A stretch of 63,482 bases of DNA, counting the filler, from Collodictyon triciliatum (Eukaryota): the NCBI GenBank assembly GCA_043381765.1. It is 28 parts of 28 records of this genome, joined end to end, with 100 filler letters (N's around TTAATTAATTAA, not from the genome) between each part and the next. Parts side by side here need not be neighbours in the genome. Positions count along the whole stretch, not along the records: positions 36,390 to 38,559 come from JBHJMP010009368.1; positions 38,660 to 40,828 come from JBHJMP010009369.1; positions 40,929 to 43,097 come from JBHJMP010009370.1; positions 43,198 to 45,363 come from JBHJMP010009371.1; positions 45,464 to 47,629 come from JBHJMP010009372.1; positions 47,730 to 49,895 come from JBHJMP010009373.1; positions 49,996 to 52,160 come from JBHJMP010009374.1; 21 more parts are not named here. The stretch is one strand, 5' to 3'. Below the pieces are notes generated by a model that worked only from the letters and a program-made list of their open reading frames with translations, was not told the DNA's origin and made no database searches. Shown here piece by piece: positions 38,404-51,187 of this stretch. Every line of letters begins with the position of its first letter. The stretch's first letter is position 1. A program made the translations under genes and the position numbers.

Positions 38404-39508
38404 TATTTGTGGTCAAATTATAAAAATGTTTTGATTACAAAAATTTCGTAGAAATATTAAATGTATGTATGTATGTATGTATGTATGTATGTATGTATGT
38501 ATGTATGTATGTATGTATGTATGTATGTATGTATGTATGTATGTATGTATGTATGTATGNNNNNNNNNNNNNNNNNNNNNNNNNNNNNNNNNNNNNNNNN
38601 NNNTTAATTAATTAANNNNNNNNNNNNNNNNNNNNNNNNNNNNNNNNNNNNNNNNNNNNGAGGGACAGGATGTGGAGGAGGGCGAGTGTGGGTCATTCGT
38701 TGTTTTTTTTGTTTTTTTTTTTTTTTTTTTTGTTTGGGGGGGGGGGGGGGGGGGGGCTTAAGGCAGGATATATTCAAGTACACTCATAAATGTCTCTTAC
38801 ATCAGGGCGGTGCATCACGGCAGGAGGGAAAAAATATCATCTCAATCACTTCATTTGCACGGTTTGTTGTACTGTCGAATATCTGGCATAGATTTTGTGT
38901 TGAATCATTGGGTTGATTGAATAACCATGAATCTTTTGATCCTTTCCATCTTCTGCATTCTCACACATGGGCATTCACAGAATTGTAAGGATGAGTTGAC
39001 GGGTGTAACGTGCCGTGAACGATCAGGAAAGCCATACTGCATTAATTGCCATACGAAACTGTTTGACTGAGGCAACAAAAGCCCAACAAGTTGCTGTCAT
39101 GTTCCCTCCAATATGCCTCCTTGTTCTGCTCCTGGTTCAAGGCGGGCTACTTTCTTTCATTCCTTTTCCTATTTTCTCTTTTCTGTTTGGTGGAAGGCAT
39201 TTGGAAATGGTAAAATAAATCATTTTCTTTTTTATAAAAAAAACGAGGTAAGATTATTATATTACACCTCCCCTGTTCAGTTGGCTTCGTGATGCAATCA
39301 CTCTTATTTTGGTTTGCTGTCCCATTCAGCCTGTCGGCTTCAAATGCAAGTGTCAATCACAGCGATAGTTAGTTTCTTGTCCTTTCATTTACAAACACCC
39401 AAAATACTTTCACCATCGAGGGACACCACCGGAGGAAAAATGGCAAGATTGTGTTTAATATCCTTTCGGCAGTGTTTATCCGCTTTCAATCGTCCAATGC
39501 TTTAACTC

Positions 39509-39884
39509 CTACAACATCACTTGGGACAGTTTCCACAGGTCAGGGGAGAAGACCTCCTGCAGCTCGTCTTTAGTTCTCCAATTGAAGTCAGCCAATTCCT
39601 CCTTATTCAGCTGGACCTTTCCGTGTTGGTATATGGCGCGATAGAAAAATACCTAAGGGGTGTTGATTCAGTTAATGCAGCCGCCATTAAGGTGTCGAGT
39701 TTTGGGCAGCTCGAATAAAAACGGAAAGTCTCGCTGTACCCGCGTGGCATCTGCTTTAAATCGAGCCTTTTCCTCTTCGTTGAGGTCGTAGTCGATGTGT
39801 GCCATGGGGTGGTGGCCCAAGAAGAACACCTTCAAATCCGTTCCGCACTCCTCGACAAACTCTCGGACGGCCGTCTGGAAAATG

Positions 39885-39979
<95 letters not shown>

Positions 39980-40690
39980 AAAAAAAAAGGTAATGCTATG
40001 CTCCTCGTGTATATAGCAACACACAGAAAATATCACGCACATACACATACACAAGAGAACATGGAAAAGATGAGAAGATATTAAAATGGAAGAAAAAAAA
40101 AAGGAGAATTAAGATAGCAGAAAGGATCCGGGGTGTATGGATGGTGGGCAAGGAGCCGAGCGCTGCCACGGACCTGGCGGAGAGTCTCGCCCTGATTCCA
40201 TCCGCCCTGAGGGAACTGCCACGCATGCTCGGGCCTGTCCTTCTTGACGACGAGAAACAGCTTCTGCTGGAGGGCCCGGTTGAGGGAGTGGAGGCTGCCT
40301 GCCTTGTCGGCCTCCGTCACGCGCGGTGATGTGGGGAAGGTGACTCCGACGCCGTTCTCGTCGACTTTTTGCTGGCGGGTCAATGCGCCGGGTCAGTGGC
40401 GAGGCGAGGCAGAGGGGGCGTGTGTTTGGTCAGAGACGGGGCTTTGTGGGGAGGAAAAGAACCTCGATCGTCTTTCCGTGGTAGTTTTCAAGGAACTCGG
40501 GCGGATACTGCTTGCGGATGTGGTTGTCGTGGCGCTCCTTCATCTGCAGGTACTTTTGCTTCCACTCCGGAACATCCTCCAGAATCACCGGGTAGCGTTC
40601 CAGCACCGTGGCCGCGACAATCCGGTACTTTTTGCCGCCCTCTGCAGCCGGCGACGGCGCTTTCTTGGGTGCGGTGGCTGCAATTGGGCA
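39509..40690 (-). CDS. MRPL46: Mitochondrial ribosomal protein mL46 (Nudix-like), multi-exon
   Basis: IVAATVLERYPVI, PRVTEADKAGSLHSLNRALQQKLFLVVK, WQFPQG, GETLRQTAVRE, VFFYRA and DFNWRTKDEL. Stop at 39509-39511. Confidence 0.9.
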
Positions 40691-41079
40691 GAGAGTAAGC
40701 AGAGAAGAGCTATATCTGGCGAGCTTTGTGAAAAAGAGAAAAAGAGAAAAAGAGAAAAAGAGAAAAAGAGAAAAAGAGAAAAAGAGAAAAAGAGAAAAAG
40801 AGAAAAAGAGAAAAAGAGAAAAAGAGAANNNNNNNNNNNNNNNNNNNNNNNNNNNNNNNNNNNNNNNNNNNNTTAATTAATTAANNNNNNNNNNNNNNNN
40901 NNNNNNNNNNNNNNNNNNNNNNNNNNNNAAAAGAAACAAAAGAAACAAAAGAAACAAAAGAAACAAAAGAAACAAAAGAAACAAAAGAAACAAAAGAAAC
41001 AAAAGAAACAAAAGAAACAAAAGAAACAAAAGAAAAAGAAAAAAAGAAAGGCTCAAGACACACGACCAAAAAAACCCAC

Positions 41080-41367
41080 TCTGAAAAAAATGACTTTCGA
41101 ATTGCAGTGCACGACAAGGCTCTCAAGATCGGAGTGCGGCAGGTGTTTATGGAGGACCTGTTCAAGTTTACCACGAATAACATCTTCCCGGTCATCCAGG
41201 CAGAATGCGTATGCGAGCGCTGGTACTTGTTGGAGATTTCGCTGGCGCGGCTGGTGATTGCGTGGCGCCTGGTGCATTACAAGCTCTCCATATAGGTGCT
41301 GTACCCGATGCTGCGCATCATCACTCCGTGGTGGCTGCCGGAGTTCTCAGCATCCTTCCAAGGCCGT
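41080..41367 (+). pseudogene. Decayed argininosuccinate synthase fragment
   Basis: DKALKIGVRQVFMEDL..F....IFPVIQAECVCERWYLLEISLARLVIA matches ASS KALKLGA..V..ED...IWPAIQ..ALYE.RYLLGTSLARP.IA. The HGATGKGNDQ block is missing, then an in-frame TAG and IITPWWLPEFSASFQGR (cf. VIAPWR.PEF...F.GR). Confidence 0.75.
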
Positions 41368-42434
41368 CCTACTTACCCATATAGAGCCCATCCATATTAC
41401 TATTAATTAGGCGCGACAAGTTTATACCCTTCTTGCCCCTAGGAATAATAGTCCATGCAAGTATATTCACCTTAATGAAGTGGGTTAAAACAGCTCCGTA
41501 AAAACAGTGTAAGTTTTATGCCATTTGAAAAGACTGAGATATATAATTGACGGCTTTTCATGCTGATATTGTGTTAAGAAGTTTGACTATTGAATGGTAC
41601 ACATATAAAACTAGTTAGTTCGATTTGACTGAGCAATAAGATAAGCAGAAAGGTTATTTCGTCATCCTATCCACATGAGCGACGACCAAGTAAATTCCCA
41701 TAATTTGAGAAGAAAATAAGAAAAAAAATTGGCTGCAAAATGAGAAGCATAATGAGTCGCCTGAAAAAAAAAGGGAAACCAAACTAGCAAATATGCAGGT
41801 TTACGACAGGCAAAGAAAGCAAAAGGAGACACTGCAGCAAATAGAAGAATGGCTTCATGACCAAGCAATCCGCACAATGAATCGAAGAGAACAAGAGACA
41901 CCTGATGAAAGGGTTAGTAAGCTTCATGTTCTAGCCATCAAGTCATAGACAACATAATTATGAATATAGTGCTCAGTATTAATTGTTATGCTTCGTTCAT
42001 CCGTTTCTATGTTTTCTTTTTTTCTTTTCACCCATTCCGAGGTGAAGCACAGGTACCAAAGGTAGTATTAAGTATATGTCTGTATCATTTTTATATTTAT
42101 ATTTATTTCCTTCACTACCCGAGCCATACAGAGCTGAGGGTGAATACCAGACCTTAATTTGTTAAGAAATAATCACATCCACTTAATCCTGCACCCACAG
42201 AGCACTTTGTCTCTTTTCAGCCATAATCGAACCCAGAGAGCATAGACCGGAACATATATATGTACTGGTATCGATAACTGAGCAGGAAGAGGAAGAAGAG
42301 AATAGAAGACCTCACCATTTTTGCGACTTTACGCCTAGCAAAGAATCATCGACTAGGACGGATAGCTGCGCACTGATGCAGACGTCCTGAAGGAGATAAG
42401 TAAGAGCGCCGTGGGCGCAAGCGTGCCTGTCCGT

Positions 42435-43097
42435 GGGGGCTAATGCGACGGCAAAGAGCGCCCCCAAGATGCCGACTAGGCCGATGCAGAGGTCGGACAG
42501 GAAAGGGAGGCGTAAGGCCAGGAGTGCCGCCAGAGATATGGCGACGAGCGAGTAGCCGAGAAGATACCAGACAGCAACCAGACGGTGACAGCCCTGGCCG
42601 CGATGCCTTGCAGCTCATCGGCAATGTGGAAGAGGGCCCCGACTGGGATGAGGGCGGCCGTTTGTCGCTGGTGAAGGCCGCAAGCACATAGGCACGCGCA
42701 AGATGGATTGGGTCGCAACGAAGGGCAGCAGCACAAGCCCGAAAAGGACAGCCACGTAGATGGCCAGCGCTACGTAGAGCAGGATTCAGACGGTCAGGAG
42801 GATGGCGTGGGCATCAAGCGCAACAATGTCACCCGCCGCCTCGGCCAGAACCGCGGCTCTTTGGAAGCTTGAGACCTCCAGCGCAGCCATCACTCCGGCT
42901 GCTGCCTCGCCACATATATCCATCTGTCACACTCACCAGACAAAGCCCGCTCTGAGCATCGCGCGCATCAGAAACGTAGCCATGGCTGTGTCTGTGAGCC
43001 CGAGTTCCGCAGTGCAGATGAGCGCATAGTTTGCTAGGATGTTGAAGAGGTTGGCAGCAAGGCCCAGGGCCAGACACGGAACCATACGGCCTTGCGC
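42435..43097 (-). pseudogene. Decayed GC-rich MATE efflux transporter fragment
   Basis: AQGRMVP...LAANLFNILANYALI..ELGLTDTAMAT, GVMAALEVSSFQ..AVLA...ALDAHAILL, LIPVGALFHIADELQGI and GYSLVAISLAALLA...IGLVGI, interrupted by stops, frameshifts and large deletions. Confidence 0.72.
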
Positions 43098-43197
43098 NNN
43101 NNNNNNNNNNNNNNNNNNNNNNNNNNNNNNNNNNNNNNNNNTTAATTAATTAANNNNNNNNNNNNNNNNNNNNNNNNNNNNNNNNNNNNNNNNNNNN

Positions 43198-43335
43198 TTC
43201 ATCTTCTTCATCTTCTTCATCTTCTTCATCTTCTTCATCTTCTTCATCTTCATCTTCTTCTTCATCTTCTTCATCTTCTTCATCTTCTTCATCTTCTTCA
43301 TCATCATCTTCTTCTTCGTCATCTTCATCATCGTT
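43198..43335. repeat. (TCATCTTCT)n-type repeat (poly-D/E on the minus strand)
   Basis: Tandem 9-mer variants at contig start; coding status unknown. Confidence 0.85.
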
Positions 43336-45463
43336 CAGCACTTATGATGCTACATTCACTGCAGTTTTGTATGAGGAACATAATAGTGATAATTATCTTT
43401 GTCTAAAATAATACCGAAATGAAACATTCAAATGAATTTATAAAACAGTATAGCAGGTTTATGTGTAAAGGAAAGGTCAACATTATTCTTTGCATTAAAA
43501 TTCCACTAAAACTTCGACCAACAAATCTTCTAAATTATGTACAAATTTTAATTGAATGTCGATTTTTTATACGTACTTTGAATCCAGTAACTTTGAATTG
43601 ACGGAGAGTTCAAATATTCTTCGTAATATTCTGAAGTTAAAAAAGAATCTCTCATGACATAGCATTCGATTTTTAGACACAGAGGGCGTGTGTATCCCGC
43701 TATATATACCAAATACTTGAAAACGTTTTTGTTTACTTCATAATTATTAAATACGTACCTACAAAATATTTTGATTCGGATTGAATCATGGAGGTTGCCA
43801 TATTTCAGTACTGATATATTTATTTTTGGTATAAATATAATTATTTTTAGTACTTTTTCATGAGGCTGGGTGAGTCCATTAAGGCGTAATTTTTAATCTT
43901 CGATCGAGTTTGTATTTAAAGCCCTTGTATATCTAAAGATAATATAATGGGCCTATCGCTATGTATGGTCTCTAGAAAGCTCATTTTCATGATTTTCTAT
44001 ACGAACAAACTATTCAAATAAGCTAATTATTCACTAATCGAATGAATCACAAGAAGATATATGATAGTATTAAACTATTGCTGCATATATATGAGGTATC
44101 TATTGACCATCGTGCTTGATTGTCATATGCTCAGTTCAACATATTTCCCCGTTTTCAAATTTGAAATAACTACAATAAAACATGTTTTTTGAATTTGGAT
44201 AGGATTTTGATGAGTATGTTTAACGAGCTTTCTAAATTCTATGAAAGAGTCCGATGAACTGGAAGGTAGACTAGCAATAGACATTAGCTTTCTTTCTCAA
44301 AATGATATCAAACCTACCAAAAAATATAGTGAAAACAGCTACTTTTAGACTAATTGATGATAGAATGCCTTTTTCATTAGTAAAAAAAATGCATAAAATA
44401 GATATTGTAACAGAACACTTGTGACATCTACTTTGAATGACTTATTTTTTCATAAAATAAACATTTAATACATTAATCGACAATCATGTGATGTCTCTCT
44501 AGTAAATTGTAAGGGAAAATCACGCATGGTTTACCTTTTTTTTTTAAAAAAAAAATCAAATAAATCATTCTCTCGCAAATTTATGTTAAGAAAATGTACT
44601 TTTAATTTAGCGTTTCCATCATAGTCCATTTTTAAAAAAAGGTACTCATGATAGAAATTAAGACTTCACGTCCCAACCTACATACCACCAGCTCTTGCCG
44701 TGTGCTTGAAGTTTACTCTTTCACCGCATCAGTACTCTCCTTTAATCATGCCTTTATTTGAACAGTGGATAAGATGATTGGTGATTATGAAACCAATTTA
44801 GGCGTATGTCATTAATCTTTCATATAACCCACCAGAGCAAAGGCGTGCGCGGCCCAATTAGCAGATTTGTGCAGTTTTCAGAACGGCGGCTGTTCCCTTA
44901 TATTCCACAAATAGAATATAGACATCAGGACACTTTCCTTTCCAACAAACCTCGCGCTTCAACGGTTGCGCTGACTTGCGATGCTCTGGATGTGTGCATA
45001 GGGCGAAAGGATCGTGCGAAAACTGCGTGCGTGTCATTGCACTGGCGAAGGGTCAAAGCGTGAGACGTTGGAGGCCGAAGGACGCGCGCCAGGGGTCGAT
45101 CCAGCTCCACAAGCTTTTCGTCAGACACGATTTCTTTCCTTTCTTTTTTTTTCCTTTCTTCCATTTTCTTATTCTTTTCTTTTCTTTTCTTTTCTTTTCT
45201 TTTCTTTTCTTTTCTTTTCTTTTCTTTTCTTTTCTTTTCTTTTCTTTTCTTCTTTTTTTCTTTTTTTCTTTTTTTCTTTTTTTCTTTTTTTCTTTTTTTC
45301 TTTTTTTCTTTTTTTCTTTTTTCTTAAAAAAATAACGATGATAAATACACAAGGCAGTATGTGNNNNNNNNNNNNNNNNNNNNNNNNNNNNNNNNNNNNN
45401 NNNNNNNTTAATTAATTAANNNNNNNNNNNNNNNNNNNNNNNNNNNNNNNNNNNNNNNNNNNN

Positions 45464-47629
45464 GGTCATACTGATACTCAGCAAAAGACACCAGTGTATT
45501 CTGAATCTAACCAATATGGTAATACTGATACTCAACAAAAGACACCGGTTTATTCCGAATCCAACCAATTTGGACAAACTGATACCCAACAAAAGACACC
45601 AGTGTATTCTAAATCTAACAAGTATGGACATACTGATACCCAGCAAAAGACACCGGTATATTCTGAATCCAACCAATATGGCCATACTGATACCCAGCAA
45701 AAGACATCAGTGTATTCCGAATCCAACAAGTATGGACAAACTGATACCCAGCAAAAGACATCAGTGTATTCCGAATCCAACAAGTATGGACAAACTGATA
45801 CCCAGCAAAAGACATCAGTGTATTCCGAATCTAACAAGTATGGACAAACTGATACCCAGCAAAAGACATCAGTGTATTCTGAATCCAACAAGTATGGACA
45901 TACTGAATCTCACCAAAAGACACCGGTATATTCCGAATCCAACCAATATGGTCATACTGATACTCAGCAAAAGACATCAGTGTATTCTGAATCCAACCAA
46001 TATGGCCATACTGATACCCAGCAAAAGACACCCTTGTATTCCGAATCCAATCGCTATAGTAATACTGATTCCCAACAAGAGACACCGATGTATTCCGAAT
46101 CCAACAAGTATGGACATACTGAATCTCACCAAAAGACACCGGTATATTCTGAATCCAACCAATATGGTCATACTGATACCCAGCAAAAGACACACGTTAA
46201 TTTTGAATCCAACCAGTACGGTCATACTGATACCCAGCAAAAGACACCAGTGTATTCCGAATCCAACCAATTTGGCCATACTGATAGCCATCAAAAGACA
46301 TCAATGCATTCTGGATCAAACAAATATGGTCATACTGATACTCAGCAAAAGACATCAATGCATTCCGAATCCAACAAGTATGGACAGACTGATACCCAGC
46401 AAAAGACATCAGTGTATTCTGAATCCAACCAGTATGGACACACTGATACCCAACAAAAAACATCGGTGTATTCCGAATCCAACCAATACGGACATACTGA
46501 TACTCAACAAAAGACACCAGTGTATTCCGAATCCAACCAGTATGGACACACTGATACCCAACAAAAAACATCGGTGTATTCTGAATCCAACAAATATGGA
46601 CAAACTGATACTCAACAAAAGACATCAGTGTATTCCGAATCAAACAAATATGGTCATACTGATACTCAGCAAAAGACATCAATGCATTCCGAATCCAACA
46701 AGTACGGACATACTATTACCCATCAAAAGACACCGGTGCATTCCGAATCCAGCCAATATGGTCATACTGACACCCAACAAAGGACACTAGTGAATTCCGA
46801 ATCCAACCAATTTGGCCATACTAATACCCAGCAAAAGACATCGGTATATTCCAAATCCAACCAATATGGTCATACTGATACTCAACAAAAAACATTGGTT
46901 TATTCGGAATCTGATAAATATGGTCACACTAACACTCAGCAAAAGACACCAGTGTATCCTGAATCTGATAAATATGGTCATACTGACACCCAACAGAAGA
47001 CACCATTGTATTCCGAATCCAACCAATATGGACATACTGATACCCAGCAAAAGACACCGGTGCATTCCGAATCTAGCCAATATGGTCATACTGATACACA
47101 ACAAAAGACACTTGTGAATTCCGAATCCAACCAATATGGTCATACTGATACTCAACAAAAGACACCGGTTTATTCCGAATCCAACCAATTTGGCCATACT
47201 GACACCCAACAAAAGACACTAGTTTATTCTGAATCCAAAAAATATGGTCATACTGATACCCAGCAAAAGACACAAGTGCATTCTGATTCTGATAAATATG
47301 GTAATACTGATACCCAACAAAAGACATCAGTGTATTCTGAATCCAACCAATATGGCCATACTGATACCCAGCAAAAGACGCAAGTGCATTCCGAATCCAA
47401 CCAATATGGGCATACTGACACTCAGCAAAAGACATCGGTATATTCCGAATCCAACCAATATGGACACACTGATACCCAGCAAAAGACACCGGTATATTCC
47501 GAATCCAACCAATATGGGCATACTGACACTCAGCAAAAGACACACGTTAATTTTGAATCCAACCAGTACGGTCATACTGATACCCAGCAAAAGACACCAG
47601 TGTATTCCGAATCCAACCAATTTGGCCAT
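45464..47629 (+). CDS. Internal part of a 54-bp / 18-aa tandem repeat protein (YSESNQYGHTDTQQKTPV, about 40 copies)
   Basis: Stop-free across the contig. Variation is mostly at third positions (ggt/ggc/gga/ggg, tct/tcc, cag/caa, act/acc) or conservative (Y/F, Q/K, P/S/L). Confidence 0.75.
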
Positions 47630-47729
47630 NNNNNNNNNNNNNNNNNNNNNNNNNNNNNNNNNNNNNNNNNNNNTTAATTAATTAANNNNNNNNNNNNNNN
47701 NNNNNNNNNNNNNNNNNNNNNNNNNNNNN

Positions 47730-47850
47730 ATACAGCATACAGCATACAGCATACAGCATACAGCATACAGCATACAGCATACAGCATACAGCATACAGCA
47801 TACAGCATACAGCATACAGCATACAGCATACAGCATACAGCATACAGCAT
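47730..47850. repeat. (ATACAGC)n heptamer repeat
   Basis: Perfect tandem array decaying into variants up to about 47945. Confidence 0.95.
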
Positions 47851-49995
47851 GTAGCATACAGCACATAGCACATAGCACATTGATTATGGAATATAGAGCA
47901 TGTAGCATACAGCACATAGATTATGGAATATAGAGCATGTAGCATATATAATAAAGCACGAAACAAAGAGTAAAAAGAAAAGACAAGAATTCAAGGATCA
48001 AATAGTAAATTGTATATTCTCTTCATTTATTCGATTCAATGTTTTTTATATATTATATACAATCCAGCGTACTTGTCAAGCCCCGATTGAAGGCAGTCAT
48101 TTGTTTCAGATAAACATGAAGATCTACTTGGTATGGAAGCTGAGTCCATAGATCATACACATCCACCCATGTATATTAAGGAAAAGGCTCAACTTGCAGG
48201 GAGTTATTTGTGAAGATAGTTCTGAATGAAAAAAAAAGAAGATCAACAAGTTTCTATAAAGTTTTGGTTACGAATAATAAAATATCAAAGGAAAAGATAT
48301 GAATGGATTGAATTAATAAAAAGAAAATCAAGATGACAGTGCAAACAACAACAAAAAAAACTGGTAAGAGTGTGAAAAAGATCGAGATAAATATTGAATA
48401 GAATAGAAAAAATAAAAGAGTAACATATGAGAAGAGTATATGTGTGTAAATTGTGAAATCAAATAACGAAAAATAAAATGAACTGCTGTGAGAAGGCTAC
48501 AAGGAGAAGAAATATACTTAGAGAGCACATGGCGAAGAGAAAACAATATGGGTGAAAAGAGAGAATAAAAACAAGAAAGAATGAAAAGACGGTCACAAAT
48601 CATGTCAGCAAGTATGAAAAGAATAGAAAACAACAAGAAAACAAAAAGGAAGAAAACAATGTATGCTTTGTCATTGGAAAAAAGAGAAAAAATATAACAA
48701 TGACAATGGAAAAAACGGAGCAATAATATAAAAACCAAACATATTGTTAATATCTATTTACAAAAAGAAATATTCAAATACATGGAAAAGCCTTCTGAAG
48801 GTGCTGCAGTCTATAATGTGACATTATAGTTCTACCATTGGAAACCAGGTTCATCTTTAATAGGAAAGAAATTATCAATATAGAAATATTAGTTTCACAA
48901 TTTATTCTTTGAATATATTAGAATATGCTCAGGATGAACAAAGCCCTGCCGGCTGGTCAAAAATTTGGAGCGAGATGAACGGTTCATCCCAGGTTCATCC
49001 TAATTTACTAATGCCGGCCGGCGGGGCCATGTACTGCAAGTATTAGAAGTGACAGAGAATTTTCGGAGAGCCTCGAATTTTCTCACGGCATCTCCATTTT
49101 TGGGCGAAAATATTACCAAGCAGTGATACTTACTAGATGATTTTTGCTATGACTTCATATGTTCTTTATTGCATTTTTCATACACTGGAATAAAAAAAAC
49201 ATGCATATAATCATTTTGAATCATTATTTTGTTGATAATTTGATACTTGTTATGCTTGTAGGACTTATTTTATACTTTTTTGAATCAAAGAAAGAAATAC
49301 TATTACATTCCATGTGTTCTGATTCGTATTATTCTGATGCACGAGACAGTGATTGATTATTATTAGTGGTGATACGTACAATTTTTGTATCAGAGATACA
49401 AAAATTGCATTAAAATATGTTTTTTGAAAAGTATATGCATGCACATTGTCCCAGAGGTAAAGCGATTCATTTATTTTATCAAGGAATAGAATATATCTGA
49501 TTGGACATTTACTTTTCCGATCGACTTAAATATAAATAATCGACTCATGAGACAAATCTATTGAAATATGGTGATTTTAATTTGTTTATTGAATGATTGC
49601 AGTTTCTTTCTTCTGATATTGTAATGAACCAAAGACAAGTATCCATTTGTGAAACGCAGTGATTTGAAAGCCATCATCTGGTGTGTATCAATCTGTCTCG
49701 TGATTTTTGTTTTAATTAATTTTTTGAGAGTTTTGTTAGTTGTTTGGTGTTATGTGTTGCATGTTATATATTTTTTGTTTTTGAACGGACTAAAAAGTGT
49801 ACCTGTAATTAATGGTGTTTACTTTGTATTGTTCAAGAAAACATGCACTACATTGTATAGACCATCCGACTTTTCTCCAAGCCATTTGTAATATTNNNNN
49901 NNNNNNNNNNNNNNNNNNNNNNNNNNNNNNNNNNNNNNNTTAATTAATTAANNNNNNNNNNNNNNNNNNNNNNNNNNNNNNNNNNNNNNNNNNNN

Positions 49996-50085
<90 letters not shown>

Positions 50086-50359
50086 CATTATTATTATTAC
50101 TATTACTATTACTATTACTATTACTATTACTATTACTATTACTATTACTATTTTATTTTCACAATCACTTTTTCTGGACCAAACGCTTCAACCGAAAACC
50201 AAGGACTCATATATCTCCTTTTCTTTTTAACTTCCTCATAAAATTTGGTTTAATTTTGCCCTTTTCTTGAAATATTCTCTTTCATTATATAAATTTATTG
50301 ACAAGAACCAACATAGACATTTTTTTTTATGTATTTATGATTCAATCGCTCCAATACAG

Positions 50360-51187
50360 CAACAGCACAAACTACTCAAGGAACGAAAAAAAGCATCCAG
50401 ATGGGAATATTTTGACTTAATGAACAAGATTTATTTCGAAGGAAATACCAGCGATTCCTCAAATATGGCACAGTCGCATATTCAATTTGAAAGCTCTATC
50501 CATTATACCAATCATATGCATAATGTCGAGGATATTTTAAACCAGCCAAGATCATTCGTGCATGAAGGTGTTGACACATCTCTGCATTCTGGATATGCAG
50601 TAAATACCACCAGTAAGTATGTTCTGCCTATGATATATATTATTTCGATTCATTTTACTCATATATGCTATGACCCATTAAGCATAATACTTCATTTCTT
50701 ACAAATTTGAATGAATGGGGAAAATATGATGTAGATTCGAAGAGCAAACGAGCTAAATATCAGAGTATGGACATGCTGAAAAAGAAATTGAATGAAATAA
50801 CTGAATTGTGCAGAATTCAGTCAGAGGTGACTGTTCTAATTTTATAAGCTCTGTAACAGAGTGGTCTGACTTTTTAAGTTTACTGAATTTGTATAGGCCC
50901 CCCATTTATTTCATCTTGCTTTTTTTCTTTTTTATCCTTTCTTAAGTGGCCCAGAAACAACATAAAATCTAATATGTAATCAAAAGATAATGGTTTCCTT
51001 ACATCGCTTCCTATTTCATATGTAGACTATTTCGATACTAGCGAAAACTGTCAAGGATATTCAAGAATCCCAAAGTAAACTCTTGAACAATGTTGTGGAG
51101 CTGAACGATAAGCGTCTGGACTCCATTGAAGAACAGAAATTACTCTTTACAGCCGTTCCTTTCATATCCTCTCTGCCCAATAAATGA
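50360..51187 (+). CDS. Possible trihelix/Myb-SANT-like DNA-binding protein, 3' exons
   Basis: HKLLKERKKASRWEYFDLMNKIY resembles the W.YF..M..I helix of trihelix domains, followed by coiled-coil-like exons. Confidence 0.45.

Noticed and set aside
45516-46790. 424-aa overlapping ORF and many antisense ORFs in the 54-bp array
   Set aside because: These are shadow frames of a repeat with few stops. Only the YSESNQ frame stays open throughout with synonymous-type variation.
45464-47629. CRISPR-like array
   Set aside because: The units are contiguous tandem repeats with no unique spacers, and there are no cas genes.
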